From the NCBI RefSeq assembly GCF_964355755.1, contig NC_092673.1:33043648-33107647 (forward strand): DNA of 64,000 bases, in the 5' to 3' direction. This DNA comes from Antedon mediterranea (lineage: Eukaryota; Animalia; Echinodermata). The notes beneath the pieces were generated by a model that searched no databases, was not told the origin of the DNA, and was given only the letters and a program-made list of their open reading frames with translations. Positions 12,501 to 24,302 of the stretch are shown in pieces. The first letter of the stretch is position 1, and each line of letters begins with the position of its first letter. The translations under genes were made by a program, and so were the position numbers.

Positions 12501-15500
12501 ATTGTTTGCATAGCAGTTTTATCTATTTCAGCCCTTGTAGAAGATAAGAATGAGGCTGTATTATATTAAATTATATTATATTAGTGTTAAAACATGGGAA
12601 GGTATCACCTTAATTGGGAATTCCCCAGAATAGGAATATCCCAAAGGATCCGTTCCACTAGTATCATTTCTAACAAAGCAGAATTTTAAAATATGACCAC
12701 TATACAATAAAATACAAATACACTTTTACATCAATGGTTGAATGAAACCTTTAAATACTATTGCAATTGATTCAGTGTTAAAAGTATCATTAGTCTAAAG
12801 CTCTGTCTAATCACACTTTATGTGTCAAAAAAATGTGATGTGCCCATATATGAACATGATAATGTTATATAACTACCATATTTGGGCATACCACTACCAT
12901 ATTTAGGTACATTACACTTTTTTGTCAAACTAGTTTGATAGTGTAGACAGAGTTTTTGGTCAAATTAATTGAATATCTCAATTGCTCTCTCAATCTTAGG
13001 AAACAGACTTAAAAATGAATCACATGATCAAAGTACAGAGTCCATGGGTGTACCCTGTATCAATGTTATCACGGCCAGCTCACATGCATATTGTCACGTA
13101 GTTTATTTGTTTTGTACTACGATGCATAGATTAGTAATTGTGGTATTATCATTATGGTATAGTATAGTTTGATTTTGAGAGATGGAAGAGAATAAAGAAA
13201 TTAAAGATCATTTTTATTACAAATGGATAAACGCTGTAGGCCTACACAAAAGACAGTGAAAAATATAAGAACGAAAAAAGTCACCCCAACCATTACCTCC
13301 ATGAAGATATAGTTGGTTTTGGTTCATAAATTTTCATTTGTTATAGTATAAAAAAAGTGCCATAGAAAAAATGATTTCACTGTCCTTACATTACATAAAC
13401 AAAAAGAGTGTTATGTTGTGGGGTTTTTTTTCCCATGAGAAAAAATCCTGATATCTGACAGGATTTGAACCCCTGACCTTGAGATGGGAAGCCAAGCATT
13501 TTAACCACCAAGTTACAACTTCCACTCTTTACACTTACAGTATATTAATTGATTAAGAATGTATTTATTTATTATACATTATTGATTATAGACAATTTAT
13601 ACTTGTATATAAAATATAATAAATCATTTTCTGCCCTCCAACTGCATTAAATCAATTTTATATTAACGGATATTCATTCATAATAATCAGAAGTAAAAAT
13701 AGGCTAAACCCCCGAACATATACTGCACTCACTCCATATTACAATACAGTAAACAAACAGTTAAAATATACAACAACATTTAACAATTGTAATACAATTT
13801 TAATTAAATCTTCGCAGGAATAATAACTCATTTCTTCTATTAAATATACAGTTAGGCTACAGTATAGCTTGGAGTAACCATGAGTATAGGATGGTATCTT
13901 ACAGATGTTTTTACTGTATTTATAATTTGTCACTACAAGATGGTAACACCTTTTGTCTGTGTATTTTTAATTAGATATAAATAATGTATACGATTAATGT
14001 TATTGGCAGGGAATGATATTAATGGTCATGTACAGTATGTTATAAATTATATTTAATATCAATTGTCAATATGGCATTGGTCACAGACATCACCTCTGTA
14101 AAATGACATTTTAAAATAAATTTAGATTTTTTGTCACAGATTTCTTTTATAATTGTTCAACATAAAGAGATTGAAATAACTAGCAGACAGGTCAATTAAA
14201 ATATATATATATATATATATTATTTTTGTATAGTTTTGTGTAAAGTTGATAAACATTTTGTTTTCCAACCATTATTTGGACCTCATGGTTATGTCAATGT
14301 GCCATTACGAATATTGTTTGCTGAATATGTGTATTTCTATTTCTGACTATTTTGCAAATATTATTTCATTTTACATCTAGAAATTACTAATATTAATTTT
14401 GTTCTTATTTATTTACGTACAGGAGAAGAGCTAGCTGTGTATAGGGGTGAGGATGGAAAAGCCCATGTTGTCAATGCATATTGCCCACATCTTGGAGCTA
14501 ATTTAGGGGTCGGAGGTCAAGTGAAGGGTAACTGCATTGAATGTCCATTCCATGGTTGGAAATTCAGGGGAGAAGATGGAAAGTGTGTTGACATACCCTA
14601 TGCAAGTAAAGGTAATGTTTGAGATATTGATAGAGAATACCAAATATGGCTCAAGTATAGTCCCAGGGGGGCTGGGTATAAATTTGTTCATACTTCTCAG
14701 GCTAGATGCAGTTTAAAACAGTTGATACAGGACTGCATAATGTGTAATAGTAGCCAGGAAGTGTGTGTTTTTTAAATCTTTCCTCTGAAAAATGTGAATT
14801 AACTTTATTAAAAATAATTATTATAAAAATATGATACATTATTAAAACAGTGTGTTTTTGTTTTGTTATTTTGGTATAACTCATTTCTATGAGTAACTAT
14901 AAAACCGTTACAATAACAAAAATTGTCTGGAAAAATGTAAATTATCTGTCTTTTTAATAAGTCATGTTTTTAAAATAATATTTGTGGTATTTCTGTTTCC
15001 AAATAAAAGGTTTTATGCTAGACATCTTGTGGCTAAACATTTTTTTTGGACGACAAGAATACGTGCTTTATCCTCATAACATCGTTGTAGAGGGATAATT
15101 ACCATTGATATAGACATGATATTATTGCTATTATGGTTATTAGAAATACCTTTTTCTCAGGCTTTTTTGCTCCAGGGTAAAGTTTTTTCATCCCTGGGGT
15201 AACAGCTGAGTAAGCAGACATCATCCAATACTTTTCAATACATATGTTTTTAGGTTTTAGTCAAGTTTCGGTTTATTTAGGTTTACTGTACTGCTCCATG
15301 GTATTGCTATATCAGATGGCATTATGTTAATGATCGCTTTTATTAGGTTTGTTAGTAAGAAGCTTAGAAATAAGAAACTACAAACTTCATGTTTTTTATT
15401 AAATTAAACTTGCAACCAGTATTGGGAACATGATGTCATAGAACCGTTACAGTATAAAAGGGATACTTTCTATTCAAACAAACAGGTAATATATGTCTCA

Positions 15501-18500
15501 ACACTACAACTATCCTCTATTCAGGGGACACCTACAGTATTATGAGTCACTTTGTTTTGTTCCAAAGATGTCTCTATTAAGTGTATCATATATGAATTAT
15601 ATACACACTTGATATCAGTAGCAATGTAGACATTATTATATGCTAGCAAGCATTTATACATCTAAATGAACCATAACAACCATTAAACAAGGGATGTATG
15701 TATTATAGCTACCAAAAGATTAAGATCTGGGCAAAAGTTAATTTGTAAATGGCAATTGAAGGCCTAATTGATTATACTACTTTAACTTGTATGTAATAAA
15801 TACCTTTCTTAGGGTTAGTGTGCTATAAGGTGAAAATTAAGTGCAAGGATTTAAAGTAAACTTCGATGAAATTAGATGGAAGAAATATAGGTCTTTACTG
15901 TGCAAACTAAAGCTCTTTGTCTTTTGGTAAGGGTTTACTTAGATTTGAAAACTTTCGTGACATGCTCCCTCCTTGCCGCGAGCAGACAAGAACCCGAAGT
16001 CTAATATTTATCAATAAGCTTCATGTGCCAAGGTTTAGAACAGAGCCATATAGAAAGTCTGCCATACCAATAATTATTAAAGCGATAAACAAAATGTGAT
16101 ATATTCGAGTCTCGGTTGGGGCGACTTTTTCTCATTCTTACAGATTTCCTCATCTTTATCGTTTTAAATTAATTAATTAAATTTCACCGGGCGGTTTAGA
16201 ATTAAAGTTCTTTGCCTGATGTGTTTAAAATTCAAAGGAAAATTACTGAAAAAATTACAATGCTGTGGGTATCAGTGACTGGATCTCAATGGAGATACAA
16301 AAGAAAAAAGCGAAAGCTAAATCAAAATGAAAAGTAAAACAGCCAGAAAAGTTAATTTAAATACTTTAATTAATTTTCACCTGGATCCTTTCAATTCAAT
16401 ATAGGCCTAGGTCTTATAATGAAAAAAAGGTAAAAATCTGTTGTGTATATTTATGTATAAATGTTAACTTTCTTTTAAACCTGCAATATTATATGTTAAC
16501 GTTTTCAACCTTTAAGTACCGACTGTTTTGTATGTTTTTTTATACCAAAATAAATAAATGTGGTAGTGATATGACATCATCATGTCCATATATGGGCACA
16601 TCACATGTTTTACTCACATAAAGTTTAATTGTGTAGACAGAGCTTTCCAAATTAGAACTCTTTAGTTTAAAATTGCACAAAAAGCAGTAAACAAACATAG
16701 CATTATATCGCAATACGGGTCAGATTTATCAAACGCATCTTTACTTTGTTTTAAAAATAACTTGGGCCATATTTAGAAAAAATATATAATATTGCTTAAG
16801 TTAAGCAATTTTGTTAAATCGAAAATTTATTTTACACGTAAAGGATCAATTTTCACTTAAACATATATCAACAATTTTCATAATTTTAAAGTTTTAGCAA
16901 TAATATTTGCCAGTATGTGACCAATTCAGATGCAAATATTAATAATTATTGAAAACTTTAGAAAAGTCAATATTACAATGTTTATTTTGTAGTTCCAGAG
17001 TTTGCAAAAATTAAGTCTTGGCCGTCAATTGAAATCTATGGACTTGTTTTAATGTGGTATCATGCGGAGAACTCGGAGCCATTATGGTATCCACCAGAAA
17101 TTCCAAACTTTGACAAAATGAGATATCAAGGGTACACAGAACATCAGGTCAATGCTCATATTCAGGTAAATAATTCTTTTTGTTTATATGGCTCGATTGA
17201 AATACCGGTTCTCATCAGATCATTAAAGTTATGAAATGTTGGGCCGGGTTGTGTTCTTGAATGGGTGGGGGGGGGGGGGGAGTATTTGGTATTGTACAGT
17301 TATAGACCAGATGTGAATGCTAGGGAATCGGATTGTTGGTATGTGATAGGCAGGGTTTGAGCCTGTCTGTGTCATATTGATTGTATCCCTTAAGCAAGAT
17401 GCTTTACTCTCATTGCCTTATCGATCAGGGGATCATCTCATCTCTCTCGGTAGGCACTACACGGCTTAAACACCAGTGGGTTGTTTTACTTCACAAAATT
17501 CTCCAAAAACATCTAAATTAAAATAACGATACAAGCGATACAAGCAAAATATATGATTTTTCTATAGGAATATCAAGCTCTCCTTTTAAGGTCAATTACA
17601 CAAGAAATTTATTTTTTATATAATTCTATTTACGTTTGTTCAACAGGAAGTTCCAGAAAATGGTGCAGATATAAATCACCTAACTCATCTTCATACGCCG
17701 TTCATATTAAGTGGGACAGATTTGCGATATTCAGCACACAGGTACTGTATAAAAGTTTTTACTCATGAATTATATATATATATATATATATATATTCATC
17801 ATTCATATACTTTTATTCATCTTTTATTGATCTGCTGTTTTTAATCTTGCAAGCCTGAATTGTAAAAGGGCCCGTTTCTTATTAATTCCCCAAAATGTAT
17901 GTATGTATGTTAGGAACCAGCAGGGACAAGTGGGTTAATGGTTAAAGAGAATTTTTAGATGAAATTTGCTTTGAATAGAAGAAAGTAAATTTGGCCAAAA
18001 ATTGTGAATAGTGATGAACTAGGCCTATTTTACCAGTACAGTGGTTTCTCTGCTGATCTCATTTTAAAACCCAAATGACCACAGGCTTGATAAACGCCCT
18101 AGTCATTTTGAAAGTTTTTTTTAGTATAGAATCTAGTTTAGTTTTCCCATGACCTAGAGGATGTTAGGAGCGTAGCAGATGTGAAACAAGTCCTTCCATA
18201 CTGTATATGGGAATTAGTAGTTGTACTCATCATGATACGATACACATACATAAGCCATATCTTCCAGTGGTGCTATCTCCTCTTCAGGCTGGCAGACTTT
18301 TTGCTGGATTGCCATAATAATACCACATTTATATAGCGCCCTTTTCATGAGTAATCATGCTCAAAGGCGCTTTACAAGCATTATTACCCCAGTATTTTTT
18401 GGGATCAAACACGTATGGAAACATACTCCCATCAGCCGGTAACCAGCGCAAAGTTGTGTCTAGATCTAACTGGGTACCCATTTATACACCTGGGTGGAGA

Positions 18501-21500
18501 GAGGCAACGTAAGTAAAGTATCTTGCCTACGGATACAAGCAATGCGGCAAGAGTTGGATTCGAACCTAGATCTGACGATCGGTAGTCCAACGTCCAACAC
18601 ACTGCGCCACACGCCCTCAGAATACACTGTTAAAATTGTTACCAGGATTTGCTCAATTAGTGTAGTATAGTCTGTTTTCTATCTAATGCCAGTTTTCGTG
18701 AAACTGGGTTCATCATATCTAGTTCTATATATTGGTCAGAAACACCTTCTCATCTGTTATTAATTTACAATGTGTATTGCATCCTTTTATTGGTTAGCCT
18801 GTTCAGCCATCTGCACTGTATAGGTTGTATGATTGTGGTTATTGTCAGACGTCATTTCACAATACCTGGTATTACAAATATGTAAACACTACTTTGTTTA
18901 GAGAAAAAATATACACCAACAAAAAAAAACAGATAAAGATTGCATAGGATTAAAAAGAAATTCTGAGAATGTAACAAAAAAATTGATAATCATCTTCCAT
19001 TCAACCATACAATCAATAGATTCTCAAGGTCTAACTTTGTAAAGAAATAAATACTAAAATAGTGTATTTTTTTCTGCTTTATGGTACAATTCTGAAAACC
19101 AGGTTTTCCAGAAAGTTGTAAGCAGGGAGTTTCAGGATACTTATTATTGTGCAAAAATAAAATGGCAGAAATGGAATCCAAAAAATGTAATTGTAATAAA
19201 ATAGATTATGTAAATTCAATTCCTGAAAACATGACAATGGTTAAATCTCAATGGAGATTCAAAAATATAATCAAAACGATAAAATAAAGTAAAACCACCA
19301 GAAAGAGATGTATATAATGTAAAATAATGGTAAATGCCAAAATAAATGTAGATAATTTAAACTGTGAATTAAAAAATAGAAAATGTATCTATGGTCCATT
19401 ACCATCAGACTTTAACTGGTCTCAAGTAATGAGAAACCAAAGTCCATTGGGTAAAGATGGCCCAGCAAATGCTGAAACAAGTATAAGTAAACATCCATTT
19501 TAGGTTTAAGTACAATTTCTGATTAACTTTAATTATAATAAACAGAAGCAGCACCACATCCTGGGGTATTGAATAATCATCAACCTGTTGCTGTTCCTTG
19601 GGGTGGGGTAATCGACCACAAACACTGAAAGTTCCTTAAAACCTAAGTTCATCCAAACCACTAAGACGCATGATTGGTTTTACCATGAAAAGCATAATAA
19701 TTGCTACACTTGCTTTAGCGGGAAATAGCAGGATATTTGTTTAGTATACACGTGCTATTGGGGGAAATAGGGACCAAATAACTTATGTGTGGTAGGGTAG
19801 GGTTCAGTGGAAATATGTCCGCAATTTCTAGCTGGTATAGCAGAGGAATACTATCAAATATATTGCTAATCTAATCATACTAATTAATAAAGGACCTATT
19901 CGACTCCTTTAACTAACAGTTAACTTGACACACCCCTTCAACCTATTAACCTTCAACCATAACCTGGGCCAATCATATTCACAGAAAACTTGGCAGAACA
20001 TCATTCAATGCATCACAATATATTTGTAGATGATTTTTATCACATGTTTTTAATAGAAGATAACTATGACCTTAACATTATAAATTCCAAAAATATTTAA
20101 GTTCTCTCCTGAGACAAACTTGTAATGTATTTATGGACAAGGTCAGTGTAAGAAATTCATTTCTGGTTTAAGAAAACATACATTAAATTTTAATGATATC
20201 AATATGCAATAGAGAATTTTTTACTACAACATTTTCCTGTTTTTTCTCTCCTCCACCATCCCACAATGGATCAGCGAGGAAATCCTCACCCTGCCCCATA
20301 ACATAAAAAAAAAGACAATGAGAAAATAGAGAAAATAAAGTAAAACCAAATTATTATCTAGGCCTGTTAGTTTCCACGATATATGTGTGCTTATGATACC
20401 CAATGAGGAAATTAGTTTTCAGACTAGTTTTACCAAAACTAAATTTGTCCATGCTTTTATATTTTACTTAACATTTCTATATAGTTTTTCGTAATTAATA
20501 GTTTAAATTATTTATATTATTTAGATACAGTGCACGAGCGTCTCAGTTTTAATTTTATCTGTAACAGTGTTCAACAGGTTTTGGAATATCACGTGAAAAA
20601 TAATTCAATTCATTTTTTTTTCAAGGTCCTGGAAAATAATTAAATATATGAACTGTGAACTTCAGCATACATTTATAAGCATTATAGAAACTATAAACCA
20701 CCCAGTGGTGATACTAGAAATTAATTTTTAAAGCAATATGTGTGTACAATGGACTAGCAAATGACTTACATGTACCACAATACTTTGTCTTAAACCACAA
20801 AATCAATGTACAAAAGGTGTTTAATGTGTATGTACAGTGAATTGTAGCTGATTGTTTATCTAAAAGTTTGTTCAAAGTTGAAGCCAGTGAACAAAGTCCT
20901 TTATAGCATATTACAACAGCAGTACTAATATTAATTGGTAAAGACCGTTTTATTCAGTTTTGTCTTTTAATCCAGTCTTTAAAGACTAAAATGCATTAAA
21001 ATGCAACTTTATTAATTTTGATATCACTTTAAATAGCAAAGGTTAACTTTTTCCTATACAAACTTTAATCGTCAGATTTCACTTGATATAATATACAAAC
21101 ATTTCCACATAAATATTTAATCATTCTCCACTTTAAAGACTGTTTCATTCTCTTTTGTCTTCTTATAATCCAGTGTAAATGCAACTTGACCGATTTATAT
21201 CAAATTTTAAATAGCAAATGTTAACCTTTTCCTTTACAAACTTTAATCCTAAAATTTCACTTTATATATACAAACTGCCCACATAAATATTTGATCATAA
21301 ATTCTACCACAGTCAAAGGTAAAACATGCCAATTATAATGTGATAGGCTACTATCCTCCATGGTGTACAGATTGAGGTGCTCAGCATAAACCCACACAGT
21401 TTTAAATCCAACCAGAGGTTGTTATATCATTTTATAGCTACTTTTCATAGCAGATTTAAGTTTGAAATGGCATTAACATTGAATGTTCCAAATTGTCCTA

Positions 21501-24302
21501 TAATATTATTGATTTAAGAAGAATAATAACAATGTTTATTTAATGTGTATTTTAACACTTCAATTGTACGTTACACAAATATTTTCTTAATAATGATTTA
21601 TGTGTTTTATAGCATGTGTCAATTATGAAAAAGAGCATATATTTACATTAATTTTATATGACTCAGTTTATTAGGGATTTGCGTGAACATGAATGAAGTT
21701 CAATATTCAATATTCTTTTGGTTTGAAATTGCAGTGTTATGACGTCATACGTCCACTCGTACTCATATCAGAGGGCGAACGCCGGATGCCACTGTACAAG
21801 TGCTCAAATATGCCAGTCAACGTGCTAGTCACCTACCGCATGCACATATAAAAATGACCTAATAGGGTAGCAGTCTAAAAGTCCATGTGTACTGTCGATA
21901 GACAACTTTTGTATGTATTGGGATAGAGGGAATTAAAGAACATTTCTGCAACAGAAGCTCTAAGCCAACCGAGATAGTCCTGATCTATGTCATTGACCCA
22001 GATACAGCACTCATCACTCCCTCCCCCACACAAAAATAAACCTCCTTACTCCAACTGTGCATGCTTTAAAAAAACATTGGTTTGTTTTTTCCTACCTGCC
22101 ATTCAAATGTACTAAATCAAAAAATTTACATTTAGATATTTTTTTTTTATTTTTATAGTTTTTGGGATTGGATAACACACGGCTGGGATGGCAATTGGAA
22201 ACAAGATGAAAATGATAAACACATAGGAGAACTGACTCTGCTACACAAACTAAGCTTGTTTGGTATTGAAATTAAAAAGTTAAACTTGAATGTTACAGCA
22301 ACTCAGGTTAGTATTGCGTATACTTAGAACAGGCTACCTTCATTTGTCTAAAGGGTCTTTCAACTGTGTTCCGGCAAGATTCTGGTCCGGCGCCATCAAA
22401 TAAGACATCAATGTTTTGATTTCACACAGCTACGCGCATGCTGATTGGCTTGTAGCCGCATGGGGCATTGTCGAAAACAAACATTGACGATCCGATTTGC
22501 CGGACTGGAATAGGTGTGTGCTATTATGCCAATATAAACTTGACTGAAGTGGACAGAAACTTAATTTGAGCTGTAAATTTTATTAATTTATTTACTCAAA
22601 AAGTGCTAGAGCATTAGTACGACAACTTTCTGATTGAAAACTGAGGATGCAAGATACAGTAGATATGTGAATACTGTAATATGGATTTAATAACATGCTT
22701 ATATAGCGCCCTCTATGAGGTTTGCATGATTTTTGTTATAACACATTGGCTGCTAGACCCTTTACATTATTGTCTAGATGCATCTTCTCAGCACTACCCC
22801 GTGAAATTGTGATGTTCTATGACGTATACATTCATTTTTTTTTGGGACAAAAATTATTGTTCACAGCACCCTGGGCAAAACCGATATACCTTCGTGTTAA
22901 CAAGTCGGGAGAAAAAAAAACAATTTAGCCAGTTACTGTTTGCTAGTTGGTTAGGTAATGTTAATAGAATACAAATTAATAGAGGGCGCCATACATTCAA
23001 CCTAGGTTTTTGCTTATGTTAAGGCAATCTTATTTTAATTGTTTTTTGCAGGTTGGCCCGTCAATTGTCCACCTCACTTTCAAGACGTTCTTAGGTACGG
23101 CATGTATGGTTCATTCTATCACACCAGTGGAGCCGCTCGTACAGAAGATTACGCATTCCATATACGTGACTGGCTTTATTCCAACTATTGTTGGTAAATT
23201 CTTACTGTGGGCCGAAGCAGTGCAGGTTAGTTTGGGTTAGCATCTTTAGCAGTAAAGAAAAGATGTTTTTTTTTATAAAACCAAATACAGTTTGGCTGTG
23301 TGTAAACACAAAACATAAAAAAAAAATTACAATTTGTGTTTTTAGACCAAATCATTTATCATTACCATATATAGCAGTATTACTGTAGAACCATATTAAA
23401 GGCTGTTCACACTAGGACGCAACGCAATTTAAGTGCAACACAAGTGAGTTGACCAATGACAAGCGACAGTTAAAATAGTTCATTACTTGTGATTGGTCAA
23501 TTTATTTGCGTCATACTTGTAAGTCCCTGTACTTCATCCTACTGGGAACATTTGGGATCCAACATACTGTCCCCTTAAAATAGGTGTTTGTATTGTTAAA
23601 GATTGCTCATTTCACAGGAAAGTGTCCTCTGAATAGCCGTGTACCAATTTTACACTATTTAACAGCAAAGAGGATAAAAAAGCTGAAAACAATTTATGAT
23701 CTTGTGATTTTCTTTTATTATTTATAAAAGCCGAAATAAATGAAATGAAATGAAAAAAATTGAATTGAAATTTATATTTATACTGGGTAACCTCTTCAGT
23801 CAAAGACTGGTCTCCCAGAGGGCCCAGTTGGTGATCAGTGGCTGTGATGTACTAATACACCGGGGTAACCCCCTACTCGTCTCGAAAGATGTACTAGGTT
23901 CTTTAAAGTGCACACAAGCTAGATGTGTACACTGGACCTACGGTTTATAGTCCTTCATCCGAGAAGACTCGTTTTACCACCAGAACCATGGAGTGAGTGA
24001 GCCTCGAACCCCTGCCAGTGTTATGGCTACGTAATTACGGTTCCACTGTCTTAACCGCTCGGCCACTCACTCACTCACTCTTTGAAAATGAAATGAAAAA
24101 AAATTTATTGGATTTGACATAATGGACGTTTCTGTTTCAGATTGAACGAGATGTAATGATATGGAACCATAAAACGTATGTAGACAAACCGTTACTGGTA
24201 AAAGAAGACCATCTGATAGCTAAGCATCGACGATGGTACTCGCAATTCTACTCTGAAAATAGCCCAAGACTTAAACTTCAAAAAGACACCCTAGATTTTT
24301 AA
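3593..24302 (+). CDS. nvd: Neverland/DAF-36 Rieske-domain cholesterol 7-desaturase, 7 exons, 465 aa
   Basis: Exons 3593-4049, 14423-14611, 16993-17165, 17647-17741, 22159-22306, 23052-23225 and 24141-24302 total 1398 nt, in phase. Motifs: PPVYPNGWF, Rieske CPHLGANLG...CPFHGW, mononuclear Fe motif [13 protein letters not shown], and C-terminal [10 protein letters not shown]...[12 protein letters not shown]. Confidence 0.95.
7585..8024 (+). mobile_element. tRNA-derived SINE with Deu/Nin-like core and L2-type tail
   Basis: A-box-like TGGCCGAGCGG head, core GAGTAGGGGGTTACCCCGGTGT, 3' AGCGCCTTGAGCAC...(TAT)n tail; head and core are shared with the copy at 23762-24085. Confidence 0.75.
8685..8997. 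mobile_element. MITE with 16-bp terminal inverted repeats
   Basis: AAGTCTGGTAGTTGAA at 8685-8700 and its exact reverse complement at 8982-8997; no clear TSD. Confidence 0.55.
9087..9720 (+). repeat. Degenerating minisatellite (~52-bp units decaying into ~20-bp units)
   Basis: About 4 repeats of GATCCTAGGAAAACGTTAGGTTCCTGCCGGTTTAATCCTGGTAGAATG, followed by many AATGTTATGATCCTAGGAG-like subunits. Confidence 0.8.
10551..10840 (+). repeat. 148-bp tandem duplication (2 copies)
   Basis: GCAGCCGGAACATG...CAATTCTTAAAAA begins at 10551 and again at 10699 with few substitutions. Confidence 0.9.
10902..11107. mobile_element. hAT-like MITE
   Basis: Termini CAGTAGCGT...ACGCCACTA; 8-bp flanking duplication ATTCCAAT/ACTCCAAT; a related sequence lies in opposite orientation at ~5777-5850. 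Confidence 0.6.
12042..12206. mobile_element. Tourist-like MITE family A copy
   Basis: GATGTGCCCATATATGGACATGATGA core, internal ~20-bp CATATCACAACCATATTTG repeats, right end GTGTAGACAAAGC. Confidence 0.7.
12799..12953. mobile_element. Tourist-like MITE family A copy
   Basis: AGCTCTGTCTA...TAGTGTAGACAGAG termini with the same core as the copies at 49093, 50188 and 54092. Confidence 0.8.
15850..16130 (+). mobile_element. LINE RT C-terminal fragment in nvd intron 2
   Basis: ORF 15917-16099 ends with FRDMLPP...[22 protein letters not shown], a common CR1/L2-group ORF2 C-terminal motif; boundaries approximate. Confidence 0.6.
16560..16645. mobile_element. Partial MITE family A copy
   Basis: CATCATCATGTCCATATATGGGCACATCAC...GTGTAGACAGAGCTT. 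Confidence 0.7.
18314..18618 (-). mobile_element. tRNA-derived SINE (Meta/CORE-like core) with L2-type tail
   Basis: Minus strand: GTGGCGCAGTG A-box, GGTTCGAATCC B-box, core CTCTCCACCCAGGTGTATAAATGGGTACC, tail GTAAAGCGCCTTTGAG...GGCGCTATATAAA..(TAT)n. Confidence 0.8.
22352..22520. mobile_element. Short inverted-repeat element; related copy in opposite orientation at ~26370-26503
   Basis: GGTCTTTCA..TGTTCCGGCAAGATTC...CTACGCGCATGCTGATTGGC matches the reverse complement of GCCAATCAATATGCGCGTAG...GCCGGAACAGGTGTGAAAGACC. Confidence 0.55.
23400..23550. mobile_element. Palindromic MITE family B copy
   Basis: CACTAGGACGCAACGCAA...TTGACCAAT..CAAG / CTTGTGATTGGTCAA...CCTACTGGGAAC; same family as 27297-27455. 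Confidence 0.65.
23762..24085 (-). mobile_element. tRNA-derived Deu/Nin-like SINE with 19-bp target-site duplication
   Basis: A-box TGGCCGAGCGG, B-box GGTTCGAGGCTC, core AAACCGTAGGTCC...TAAAGAACC...GAGTAGGGGGTTACCCCGGTGT; AAATGAAATGAAAAAAATT is duplicated at 23743-23761 and 24086-24104. Confidence 0.85.

Noticed and set aside
23990-24070. tRNA gene
   Set aside because: The tRNA-like head continues into a SINE core and tail with a TSD. The same applies to 18545-18618, 7588-7620 and the degraded head at ~13455-13525.
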